Source of the DNA: Planctopirus limnophila DSM 3776
GTDB taxonomy: Bacteria; Planctomycetota; Planctomycetia; Planctomycetales; Planctomycetaceae
Assembly (NCBI RefSeq): GCF_000092105.1
Contig: NC_014148.1
Span: forward strand, 720,001 to 752,000
Direction: 5' to 3'
DNA length: 32,000 nt
Part shown: in pieces, positions 21,401 to 25,300 of the stretch
Layout of the letters: each line of letters starts with the position of its first letter
Position numbering within the stretch: position 1 is the stretch's first letter
The notes under the pieces: generated by a model
The model's database searches: none
Told to the model about the DNA's origin: nothing
Seen by the model: the letters and a program-made list of their open reading frames with translations, nothing else
Position numbers and translations under genes: made by a program

Positions 21401-22151
21401 GAGCGTGGCTTTGAACGAGAGTGTGCTCGACGATCTCCCGAAAATTTTCAAAAAGTTGCCAGACGGGCAATACAAGGTGGTGGTTCGAGAGCCGGGTGAA
21501 CCTGTTGAGAGAACTGTCCTTGAAGTCGAATTGCGTCAGGGACGGATCGTCAACGAGCAGGAACAGGATCTTGACCGACCCCCACGGGAAACAGGGAACC
21601 CGTCAGGTGTGAATCCGGAAGCGAATATGCCAGGGGCTGGTAACCATCGTGCTGCTGGCGAGAGTGAACGGATGGCCCAGTTCTCGAGAGAGGGCCAGGA
21701 AAACCAGCAGGCCGCACAGGGTTTTGGATATCGTTCGTGGCGAATTCAATCCCGGCTGGACGAAGCCTTGGGAGCGAAATCGGTTGAGCAAGAGACTGGT
21801 CGAGGGCAGGATGTTCTGTTCGAAGTCAAAAACAGTGAGTCGAGCCGTGATGCCTCGCTGATGAGGGTTTTATCGCTCGTAACGGATGTATCAGATCCTC
21901 TGATGAAGGAGGTGAATGAGGCAGAAATTCCCCTGAACGAAGATTTCGACTCGATGGAACGAAGGGAATCGCTGGAGATCGATACCGAGATTGCCTGTAT
22001 GGAAGAAAATTCGGGAGGATACTGGATCACTCAGGTCGCCATAGCCGGTACGATCATGTTGGGCGGAGTGGCTGTCACAAATTCTCTGACTGATAAGGTT
22101 TCGCCGCTGGCGAGAGGTCGTCGGCTCATGCGAAGATTATCGGGAAGATAG
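435..22151 (+). CDS. Giant (7,238 aa) beta-strand-repeat, beta-helix-like surface fibre or adhesin-like protein with a C-terminal TM anchor
   Basis: This is a single open frame of 7,239 codons with ATG plus SD. The ~20-residue T/G/D/A/V/L rungs repeat consistently in this frame only. Recognisable motifs include GGDGNDV, GDGDD and GNGND, a PKD-like WGDG..HTY segment, and a terminal TM helix followed by RGRRLMRRLSGR. Paralogous modules differ mainly at synonymous positions, which supports translation in this frame. Confidence 0.93.
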   Translation: MSVTQWLQNLVASKQRDVATCLKPGSLRSTLLQVEPLEERRVFSVTPVLNGSVLEITLDADGDTAYLRTDDLNNELEVYDQTNTLIDSFDYSTFHSISLIGDGANSGVQTVVFDNSTSLNLAGDITTSSDDIEIISINGDLNLTGELSLTVGESIFVGTNRIVSADDGISLLALSGTNATEVNLAADSSLTTLGKIELRSDAGDIHAGFLTAGDQIEVVAQDQITFASDIAFTTSGIVNLAVTSTLGDIELNGSIDADSSTGGAYLFNLGPSGTLFLNGDIHAPASAGQTTVDGNLTFGNGFSFDQFFLTGSTPNGDYDTTGSAFLVTGANRVVDLGNADFTFTREPGYLAVVGDQFQVIALADSSSSITGNFSNRSEGDEFYSEGVRYKYSQAGGDGNDVALTILSPTTVWVDDDFAALLNGDDPAGPRVMFGYDSFALVQQGVDQVADMGLVNVAAHATSYNEEVVVTGKSLTLVGESASTTTIFSSTGTAFSASNAADIRLEQLTFSGVNSLDLSAIDATTLTNITTTGPATITGTQLILISDGASNDVFTINDSGISSSGLLIIDQLDFTVDTLEVDAGDGDDQIFVRPQPSTTILIDGGDGVDTLEADFYGLYGFANTPDGMIAGAGALTAADREDVTYASIENYSALVEANAVIVAQNPDDNVADNWLVKRSDSDPSILEVYVNGVLAFQQDYASTNSLTINGSGDDDTLVMDLSNGEIDLAGGLHFNGGNGNDAIELNGSQTFTKVTHTFVSENDGSIEVIGNGTTSISYTGLEPIVDNLSATTREFIFTGGNETISLTDDAAAGYNLIDSSLSESVLFLNPTDTLIITVQNGTDTFTASSLDAAFGANIFVTMDDADSAGADALIWNADTTLGSVLVAGTFELVVETGTIDMNAAVDNTAGGGSIRLEASDGITQQGSLTTASNITIASTGGTVTTELLEATDAVSEITITGTSVTLAGNVTSGSLVDITATAGSIEQTGGLVTSPTLILDAQTGIFGTTAMVARAMEISASTITAKTNTGGMQVENAATTATTATLTATTGNILFNQTGGQSLTLTNVATSGNANLTNNATMTLNSALISGSGELTLEGTQVILGGNITASGRATITATDSITQTAGTLTSPILELDAQNGIGLAADAMEISTSDISATTATVGVFLSNASNITTGAVTASNLQATTSGNISFVQTGGQSLSVTNVSTTSGDATISNAGDLTVAAAMVLGTNGQLSLTTTAGGNLSLGTATTDGNLLVTSAGAFTQTGNTTVGGLLDVDAVNAIDIQGTQGITGTTSITSSGSTVRLRQALTSGGAVTLAGTGGITLDATGDVTSTAGGITIIGDLTTAANLVTDDQPIEVQGNVLLTGSVLFDSDSTNTGTGADVTVTGDIDLATFTLTIDAGPDGDFSVGDVTGTTGDLVIEEAHSLSFGSLTADTINIGPITGDVTIGAGGLTANSASFDLDGNFTNSGATNVTNHLLVQAGGSIEFVGDVEAGSLELDAGTTIDLGNVVVDTTTVLTSVGVLTVGGTLNTGGTLTVESTAGDVRFVQTVTAGGEVQLTADQELRLDNLLTVTAGGASLTGATVLLDNATIVQLNGAGDDLSITGTLTTGANLFTTGGDITITGNTTLTEGINVGSTGGDILFNGLVTGAGFDLSIDSAAGSLELGGAVTAVDDLVLKGASVTTLSLSAATLNGTTTAGPWETTGNITITAAMELDATGGLSIIGSISAGSLQAVATGTSLFTGTITTTTGNVIVGTTTSGAIDFQDDVTSAGNVTVTSLGAVDFGGHLFANGVTGTIEVIGASVDFADDVEAATSIEITANTGAINQTGGTFTTLTLILDAGAGIGTTGVVNTSARTITATTNTGGINLANLSTVTNGAVTATLTATTSGNIQLVQTGGQGLTITSAETNNGDIVISNTGANLTVTTAEALGADGDITLSTITSGNLELGTADATGDLNITSAGSYTQSGNVEADGLVDIQSDDLLLTQGTVTAGTTINLESTNGGIEVQQAVEADGNVDLQALSNILLTGSVTTASNITIESTIGDITTAVLTATGLTSEIRINGQDISLGGDIDAGSLVSIFAGDRINQTAGTITSPTLVLDALSGIGTISTIQVASNNIDAKASSGRIFLVNDSSVLTGGVTAILQGNSGNIQFTQTGGQELTVTSATTTVGNITLSNDGADLNANNTTTSSGGISLLTTTSGSITAGLVGSGGGSGAISIISAQSVTTTNQIITDGTIVITAGTTTADDIILGGNLRGAGGPNQPVSITLTAGGKIDSIGSMTTNGLLQAEAGTSIEIDGTITANALDLTAGTTALDSITLGVVDVNTTTSLTSGGALQVTGNFDTGTTTTINTGSATFSGTYRSGNRTELTSTGDVLFEQTLNVDGGGMELFATGTTTFYAAVTVVGDALIGDSLTGGTVQAQGPVDVTGWLTINSQDNVLLDDTVDVGGDLVVHAGRDGTGDLVIGGDIGVTRTPTGITLTAGDLIDVAGSITTTGLSGNLFLTSGTTMTLTGPVNASAEVRLENCGLLSITDPAGITAAGRIMQAGAGDVSLHGNITSTSGEVNFAEDVVLTSDVVVTSGSSITFQKTINGTTAGSEDLTLDATTTVTLGGAVGAVTRLGVLTIDGTTVTTAGITAAALDGETTSSGNWDTTGDVDITGLAKVIAAGSFTLTGNLNAAEVEATANSDLTITGTTSTSAGGDVTLTTLTTGNVEVGAIDADGDVRVTTVGSYTQNGNVEAAGLIDIQSNGLLLTVRTVTAGTTLDLESTNNAIEIQQAVSAGGNITLIGSTNVTLGVNGDVAATNAGSTITVTGDLTTAGDLVTNNGAILINDDVTLTGNAKFDSNSSDGVGGGADITVSGAGGIDLGAFTLTIDAGFVGDFATDLVTGTPLSALVITNAQDASVGTGNLTAGTVTIDLVGNFTNHGTATVNDLIDVAAGGNILFQQAIDAESVDLSANEDVTLNGDVTAVTSVKMVANADGTLPGGNVTTQAITTSGLSSTIELRGDAVDLGGDIEAGESVLVVATSGAITQLAGTTITTDNLGLFAAGDIGTGLQFFQTDVNRLAVRSTSGDVFLENASDLEIGGVTFESFTGASAVNLTVNVVAGALNVSGNVNTTDDITLDATSGITISGDVLSTGGTILLDADSDADANGVFNVTATGSVEATSEAIRITASDVMLAGSLTASGAGTFGPNNAPVGFVEIRQSTAAATIGLGLAAGDLSLDAAELANITTNQLIVGRTDGGDVSIAAAGNLSPHIGTLVLLTNGNVAGAVDGSPDVSVGQLAIVAGGQVALDFDVTTLALSAGNAVTGHVLQDTAGSLTIGSLAEAVGGTLVAGVQTGTGQTTIEALGGDTGDLIINSLIVAGGNSLTLMADDDVTVNADVTLATGTLVIEADADGSSNGEITIASGADVAVTSGLATDSITLCAADLDVAGTVNVGLGTVELLTSTAAGTFGLGSGSGSYEVTQSELDQITANRLLVGSATKTNAGIELGDVSWSGAGKEARLTTDGAITQDAGSTLAITTPTLVLDAATGINLQVNADSLSARNRTSGDIVLVDTTGGLTIANDLVVGGLVNQTAGGAIDLRVAANTLTTLAGAQIATNVGHIRLRADEYVLGAGINAGTETVLLQNDTAGRTISLNGAAAGINLSQAELQGIVAGTLEVGRADTGDVSVGDIDGLNVTTLAIITNGSIEQNLTSVITVANLALVAQTGINLTTRVDTLALRNGTSGSVTINQGNRALTLGEVNLKASTVTGTTQNGSGDLEITAANSVTITEEITSSGNVLIDAVGAISQQADIDATGETVTLESDATIGMASGTSITATSATLTAVGDVTLAEIVAGTIEVTSTGGSIQDVDVSDSTVNLNAGAGSITLAAATGIGTTGGAAGTLELSGKTISATSTNGGMNLSNASNITTGAVTASNLQATTSGNISFVQTGGQSLSVTNVSTTSGDATISNAGDLTVAAAMVLGTNGQLSLTTTAGGNLSLGTATTDGNLLVTSAGAFTQTGNTTVGGLLDVDAVNAIDIQGTQGITGTTSITSSGSTVRLRQALTSGGAVTLAGTGGITLDATGDVTSTAGGITIIGDLTTAANLVTDDQPIEVQGNVLLTGSVLFDSDSTNTGTGADVTVTGDIDLATFTLTIDAGPDGDFSVGDVTGTTGDLVIEEAHSLSFGSLTADTINIGPITGDVTIGAGGLTANSASFDLDGNFTNSGATNVTNHLLVQAGGSIEFVGDVEAGSLELDAGTTIDLGNVVVDTTTVLTSVGTLTVGGDFDTGTTSDISSGDVTFVGTYRSGGRTEIASTGNVLFQSTLDVDADGLEIIADGTTTFDQAVTVVGNAVIGDTNSGTVQAVGLVDVAGDLTIMTAGDIDLDDTVDVGGNLLFDAGQNVNVAGATDVVGNATVTADDDIDFGSTLDVGGVLSLTAGTANTDDIRLAGNVGATRTPTSITLDAGGLIQALGTVTTSGLLEADAGTSIEVQGLLTANALDLDAVTDITLDDVSVMTNSLLRAGDAILVNGTFNTGSLDAVAAGTTTFNEAVTVTTGNGVIGDATSGTVQALAALDVSGDLTITTAADIDLDGTVDVGGNLLFDAGQNVNVEGATDVVGSATVTADDDIDFGSTLDVGGALSLTAGVANTDDIRLAGNVGATRTPTSITLDAGGLIDASGTVAAGGILTADAGTSLNFDQAVTTTGAGSDILLTSGTTMRLAGAVNSSGEVELDNGGLLSILDPAGITAAGRVVQIGTGDVSLHGDITSTSGEVNFAEDVVLTSDVVVTSGSTITFQKTINGTTAGAEDLTLDAVGDVTLGGAVGNTTRLGALVIEAAAVSTQALTVASLDGTSQTGNWTTTGNIDATGAVLLEVAGNLDINGNLEADSLDAVADGTSLFAGTVDVTNNAVIGAATSGAVTINDLVTVGGDLTVRSADDITIGDGLLTDGMDVTGAVVMNSVSGDVTVRGTTEAGSLNTNAGNDILFDGSVTTVGGMVLTAGQDIDVTGAVDAGATFSATATAGAISLDSTLTTGAAADLTSGTTTTVLGVASIDGNLDVLAGDTIRFAQTLDATGAVTLETGASATDEILLEGAVGGVASPTSITLTSGGKVLASSRVTTSGTLEADAGTSIEVQGLLTANALDLDAGTDITLDDVLVTTSSLLRAGGNIEVNGTFDTGSLDAIAGGTTTFNDSVTVTAGNAVIGDTNSGTVQALDSLDVAGDLTITTAGDIDLDGTVDVGGNLLFDAGLSVNVAGATDVVGAATVTADDDIDFGSTLDVGGALSLTAGMANTDDIRLAGNVGSTRTPTSITLNAGGLIQALGSITTSGLLEADAGTSIEVVGDLDAGSLELDAGTTIDLGNVTVDTTTVLTSVGTLTVGGDFDTGTTSTISSGDATFTGTYRSGGRTEIASTGNVLFQSTLDVDADGLEIIADGTTTFSQTVTVVGNAVIGDTNSGTVQALAALDVAGDLTITTAADIDLDGTVDVGGNLLFDAGQNVNVAGATDVVGNATVTADDDIDFGSTLDVGGALSLTAGTANTDDIRLAGNVGATRTPTSITLDAGGLIQALGTVTTSGTLEADAGTSIEVQGPLTADSLDLDAVTDITLDDVDVTNASVIAAVGDLLVNGTYDVGTTSTITANDATFVGAYETGGRSELDLTGDFEAQSTFTVVSGGLELLANGTTTFVGVVEITGAAVIGELTSGTINAQETFTVTGGDLTLQSADDIDFDRALDVSGAIVATAGNDFLAQETIDAASLTIDASRDVLIDGAVATSGLVDVTAGRDAVFGDTLDAGTTLTVKATTGDVRFVGAVTAGSVVVVTATVGEIRVDDLLTVTDGFVLLEGSSVLLDNDTVVQLNGAGRGLTILGTLTTGADLLTNGGDILTGGGGMTLTDSITIETAGGNLEFNSTINGQVASTFDLTIDTDDGRVDFNNSVGDINPLRNLVISEAGDVLLTDVQADLLSIADSSGTVTFVGDVITTAANGLDVTAEAIVMLAGSSLNSTGQDVVLTANDIDLNGDGITATGVTVFLQTRDDATAIGLENSSTAMNFTDAQLDKILSNSLVIGTATNTGGITVGTDAPLTMNQPEVQLLTAGDVTVNGSLTVLGTGTLAVDAGDDVAVFGTLATTNGALVVNADDNITMGAAGRVTSTGGTITLAADADLNGAGSFTMTNGAIVESQTQLVTITAAGNVTVGQVISGRTGGLAIDVVSRNGAIIDGGDTGGSDLIANGAGAITRLDAATGIGSATGLASDAALETTVFELQATNRTSGDIRIDETDALRLQDIDNQGPGAIAVQSVGTMTLLTGFDVTAASGLVSLLATGAAADLLLNGSVTTTTSSITLGAGRNVQFSGVTTIQTNGNIGITATNGTVRMLNGSVVNAGAGTIAVTANGDVSISRLVTTNATTSAVQITSQTGGIRDSGESGGADIQADSAGALVTLRAATGIGSVSDGGADAPLELQVARLDAINSTNGDIRFSEATGLNIERLTQQGAGQIEGVVNGATIITAAGQGISSQTGDISLTVNGADADLTVLNNVSTTGGDITLNVRGDVTAAANVTIASQGGNIVIAADSDLNNVGGIALADGSLIDAGAGTIVLSAAENIAVSRLVSTNAGGAAVSLTSRLGAITDAGDTGGVDIDAPTVVLRAATGIGSGNALETNIATLAARNTTSGGIQIDNTAGAGLNVATVDGLTGITNAGANGLVSLVTSGDVFINGAVLNTAGGTIEITSLTGDITLNQRLAAKGGNGSISLDADEDINLNDTGSQPDVEVQGAGSVVGVAGGLVNFAPNVQVASQTGAVTDVPPLLINVQTPQVQADGSAQVSGTFGRPGEKNFIITVDWGDGTVETFYFDQPGNFLFKHTYNGNPDPNNPASPIPITVTIEQDPLIRFFEARVVEQNTTTVTSFASVPGEGLAGSIPFDLTPPVRPVPEPAQTRLDEALLSQSVGLSLSDVLQDESTAGEAVGDDEIQVVIQVLGADGEVLQSVALNESVLDDLPKIFKKLPDGQYKVVVREPGEPVERTVLEVELRQGRIVNEQEQDLDRPPRETGNPSGVNPEANMPGAGNHRAAGESERMAQFSREGQENQQAAQGFGYRSWRIQSRLDEALGAKSVEQETGRGQDVLFEVKNSESSRDASLMRVLSLVTDVSDPLMKEVNEAEIPLNEDFDSMERRESLEIDTEIACMEENSGGYWITQVAIAGTIMLGGVAVTNSLTDKVSPLARGRRLMRRLSGR
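525..569 (+). other. N-terminal 'LLQVEPLEERRVFSV' motif (LExLExR type), a possible non-classical export or sorting motif
   Basis: These are residues 31-45 of the giant protein. The preceding 30 residues (MSVTQWLQNLVASKQRDVATCLKPGSLRSTL) have no hydrophobic h-region. From memory, LExLE(D/E)RxxxS motifs recur near the N-termini of large planctomycete extracellular repeat proteins. I could not verify that here. Confidence 0.5.
1617..2666 (+). other. Head region with five GGxGxD-like (RTX/hemolysin-type Ca-binding-like) motifs and a pectate-lyase-like beta-helix start
   Basis: The GGxGxD-like motifs are GGDGNDVAL (1617-1640), DAGDGDDQIF (2175-2204), DGGDGVDTL (2238-2264), NGSGDDDTL (2556-2582) and NGGNGNDAIEL (2634-2666). 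The segment 'FGYDSFALVQQGVDQVADMGLVNVAAHATSYNEEVVVTGKSLTLVGES' (approx 1730-1880) resembles the usual start of right-handed beta-helix domains. Confidence 0.5.
3929..4984 (+). repeat. Copy 1 of a 1,056-bp near-identical intragenic direct repeat
   Basis: Line-by-line comparison with 12194-13249 (offset 8,265 = 3 x 2,755) found one mismatch, T3943 versus C12208, a synonymous TCT/TCC change. The encoded 352 aa are identical. The shadow ORFs 3949-4221(-)/12214-12486(-) and 4289-4492(-)/12554-12757(-) are also identical. Confidence 0.9.
12194..13249 (+). repeat. Copy 2 of the 1,056-bp near-identical intragenic direct repeat
   Basis: Same comparison as for copy 1. Identity breaks down upstream of 12194 (a12193 versus t3928). 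It decays after 13249, with mismatches at 13250, 13253 and 13265. Confidence 0.9.
13161..17273 (+). repeat. Array of diverged paralogous modules. The 'DLTITTAxDIDLDGTVDVGGNLLFDAGQNVNV...' units start at 13551, 14172, 16104 and 16845. A second-order repeat has an offset of 3,294 bp.
   Basis: Segment 13161-13979 aligns in frame with 16455-17273 (offset 3,294 = 3 x 1,098). Unit spacings are 621 bp (A to B) and 741 bp (C to D). Protein identity is about 94% between units A and D over 143 codons, and DNA identity is clearly lower. Confidence 0.85.
18980..20740 (+). repeat. Three tandem, diverged ~203-210-aa super-repeats, each carrying an 'L(D/R)AATGIGS...LE..v..L.A.N.tSG.I' signature
   Basis: The anchor serines in 'VVSRNGAIIDGGDTGG', 'ITSQTGGIRDSGESGG' and 'LTSRLGAITDAGDTGG' lie at 19074, 19683 and 20313, giving periods of 609 and 630 bp. 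The AATGIG motifs lie at approx 19155, 19764 and 20382. Confidence 0.75.
20880..21110 (+). other. PKD-like / Ig-like domain at the end of the repeat rod
   Basis: 'QVSGTFGRPGEKNFIITVDWGDGTVETFYFDQPGNFLFKHTYNGNPDPNNPASPIPITVTIEQD' matches the PKD hallmark pattern WxxGDG ... HxY ... hydrophobic strand ... D. Confidence 0.55.
22023..22148 (+). other. C-terminal TM helix plus Arg-rich tail (membrane anchor or sorting-signal-like terminus) of the giant protein
   Basis: The terminal sequence is ...EENSGGY-WITQVAIAGTIMLGGVAV-TNSLTDKVSPLA-RGRRLMRRLSGR-stop. It is the only long hydrophobic stretch I saw in the protein. By the positive-inside rule, the basic tail places the extreme C-terminus in the cytoplasm. 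Confidence 0.7.
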
Positions 22152-22364
22152 CTGAGTTCGAGTCCTGAAGAACCTGAGTAGAGAAGCGATTCAGGTGACG
22201 GAAACTCCCTGAGAGTCGCTGAATACTCTGAATTGTAATTTCAGATGGTGGTTGGAAGTCGTGAGGGCCAGGTTGCATCGAATTGCAAGCAGGCCACATT
22301 ACGCAAGTGGTGATCCACTCAATGAATCATGCTGGTCGAGATCATCAGCCGGGGTTAGCGGGCC

Positions 22365-25300
22365 ATGTTGAGATGTCCGAGCTGTGGAACGAGAGTTACG
22401 GGAGCAGATCTCGTCAGTGGGATCTGTTCGCGCTGCCATAGCCGCTTGAGTGATGAAAACGACCATTCTGAGCTTGAGAGTGATACTCTCGACACCATGC
22501 TTTCCGATCCGGGAATCGTTGAGCCTGCGGCAGCCTCGGATGATTCGCTCGATCTTTCTGGAGCGGGTCACCCATCATCCGCATCGCTGGCACAGCCTGA
22601 GAAACCTCTGCCGGAAAAACCATCGGACTCGGCCATGGCGACCCCTGTTTTGCCAGGGGAAACGATTTCGCCACCGTTAAGAACTCTGGATGCCAGTGCG
22701 GTCGAATTTACCCCGATTGAGTCTTTGAAGAAAGATGCGGGAGCCCAAGGTTCACCGGTGGCTGGACGGGAGACACCCGACGAGTTTGACAATGGCGGTC
22801 GCACGATGGTGATTGCCGACAGCTCGGTCTTCTTTGCCGACTCGGCAGATATTGTCGTCCTGCCAGAAGATTCCGGTTCGCTGGGCGATTCTGCAGATGA
22901 CAGTTCCTCAATCGGCCAGACGCGGGCATCTGACGATGAAGATGTCCGCATGGTGACGGAAGAGAGTATCGATCTTTCCGGCTCCGTTGATCTTTCGGGA
23001 CCCGGTGATCAGACGATGATCTCTGATGAGTTTCCAGACCCGGCTAATGGCCCGGCTCATGGTGAAACTTCAGACGATTTTCTGCCTGCAAAACCGGCGG
23101 CTCAAACGCTCGCGATTGGTACTCCGGAAGGAGAAGCCGACGACAGCTACATGGCCACGTATGTAGCTGATGATGAAGCAGAACGAGTTCAGCAGGAAAG
23201 GGCCGATGCGGGCGCGACGTATGTGGGCCCGGAGTTTGCCGATCTGGAATCAGGAGATACCGCCGCGACGTTTGTCTCGGATGATGTTCCTGAGGCCATT
23301 ATTAAAACGATCGCCTCAGTCTGGGGAGATGAACCTTCCGGGAATGACGTTAAGCCTGTGACGAGCCTGAAGGGTCGGGAAGTTAAGCGTATTCCTGGTC
23401 CTCGCCAGACGCTGGTGATCAAACATCGCTCGTTGACGCATGGGCCAGGGCCCAAAGTTGGATCGGATCAGGCGGAGTACGAAGTCATTCGTATTCTTGG
23501 CGAAGGTGGTATGGGGGTGGTCTACGAGGCCAGGCAGACCTCGGTGGATCGCGAAGTGGCCGTCAAGATGCTGAAATCAGCGTCGGCCAAGAATGAGCGT
23601 CAGCGGCAGAAGTTTCTGGCTGAGGCGGTCGTTACGGGTGATCTCGAACATCCGAACATTGTTCCGATTTACGATGTCGGATCGGCCAAAGATGGCTCGC
23701 TCTTCTACTCGATGAAAAAAGTTCAGGGGACACCCTGGCTGAAAGTCATTTCGAAAAAGTCACTCATCGAGAATCTGGAGATCCTGCTCAAAGTGGCCGA
23801 TGCCGTGGCATTTGCCCACGCCCGGGGAGTGATTCACCGCGACCTGAAGCCCGAAAACGTGATGCTGGGTGAGTTCGGTGAAGTGCTGGTCATGGACTGG
23901 GGGCTGGCACAGCCTTCGGCGGCCTTCCGGCGGAAAGACAGCATTGTCGAGAACACGACCATGGGCGGGACTCCCGCTTACATGGCACCGGAAATGGCCA
24001 CAGGGCCGATCACCAAAGTCACTCCCCAAAGCGATGTGTATCTGCTGGGAGCCATCCTTTTTGAAATCTTGACTGACATGCCGCCGCATGCAGGCAAGAC
24101 GGCTATGAAATGCCTCATGGCTGCAGCGAGAAATGAGATTGTCGAGACTGATCAGGAAGGGGAATTGATTGCCATTGCGTTGAAAGCGATGGCGACAGAT
24201 CCGAATGACCGATATCAGTCGGTGATGGATTTTCAGGCGAGTATCCGCGAGTACCTGTCACACTCGGAGAGTGTGCAGATGACGGTGCGGGCCGAAGATG
24301 ATCTCAGTGAAGCGGGTCGCCTGGGGGGATATGAAGGGTTTGCCAAAGCCCTCTTTGGATTTGAAGAAGCTGTCGAGCTTTGGGATGGAAACCTGCGGGC
24401 CAAACAGGGCGAGCGGAAAGCCCGTCTGGCTTATGCCAACTTCGCCATTGAGAAGGGTGATTACGATCTCGCGAAGTCGCTTTTGCACCCGACGGAAGCA
24501 GAACATCAGCCGCTGATCAAACTGATCGACGAGGCAGTGGCCGAGCGGGAAGGTCGGCAGCAGCGCATTCGCTTATTGAGACGCACTGCCAGCGTGCTCG
24601 TGGGTGCCGTCGTCGTGGTGGTGACCATTGCGTTCTTCTGGATTCGAGCCGAAGCCAATCGAGCCATGCTTGCCGAAAAAGATGCCACTAAACAGCGGGA
24701 TGTGGCCGTCAAGAATGAAGAGGCGGCGAAGCTGGCTCGTGACGACGCCGAAGCTCGTCGCAAAGAAGCGGAACTGGCCAAAGAACAGGCAATTATCGCG
24801 AGAACAGCGGCTCAGACGGCAGAAATGCAGGCCCGTGAAGCTCAGTCTGTCTCGGAGAAGGAGCGGGCGAAAGCTGAGTTAGCCCGCATGGCCGCCGAAA
24901 AGGCCAAGGCCAGTGAAGAGTACGAAGCCTATATTGCCAGAATTGGTCTGGCCTCGGCAAAGATCAATGAGAATGCTTTTGCGACTGCCAAAGAATTGTT
25001 ACTGGATTGCCCCACCTACCTGAGGAATTGGGAGTGGGGGCGATTGATGCATTTATGCAGCCAGCAATCGAAACAGATTCAAGCCGGTTCGCCACTGGAT
25101 GCACTGGACATACAGCATGAAAAAGGATTGTTTGCCACCGGTGGCTGGGATGGAACAGCACGGATCTTTCAGTTGAAAGATGGGGCTCCGAAGAATGTTC
25201 TCAAAACTCAGGGTCAGTATGTACATGCTGTCGCCTTCCAGCCCCAGGGAGATCTGATCGCCTTAGGTGGCAGTGAAGCGGGAGCGTATCTGCAGCTTTG

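Noticed and set aside
435-22151. Classifying the giant protein as a two-partner-secretion exoprotein (FhaB-like), an autotransporter or an RTX/T1SS adhesin.
   Set aside because: I saw no N-terminal TPS motif (NPNL/NPNGI) and no signal peptide. There is no C-terminal beta-barrel-like region and no C-terminal RTX block or secretion signal, because the protein ends in a TM helix plus a basic tail. No FhaC/TpsB, TolC or ABC/MFP genes lie in the window. The repeats only resemble these families generically.
22152-22364. Short hairpins in the gap between the giant gene and the kinase (CCTGAA...TTCAGG, GCGA-TCAGG...CCTGA-TCGC, CTGAA...TTCAG).
   Set aside because: The stems are only 5-6 bp with large loops or bulges and have no U-tract. 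This is not enough to call a terminator or to exclude co-transcription.
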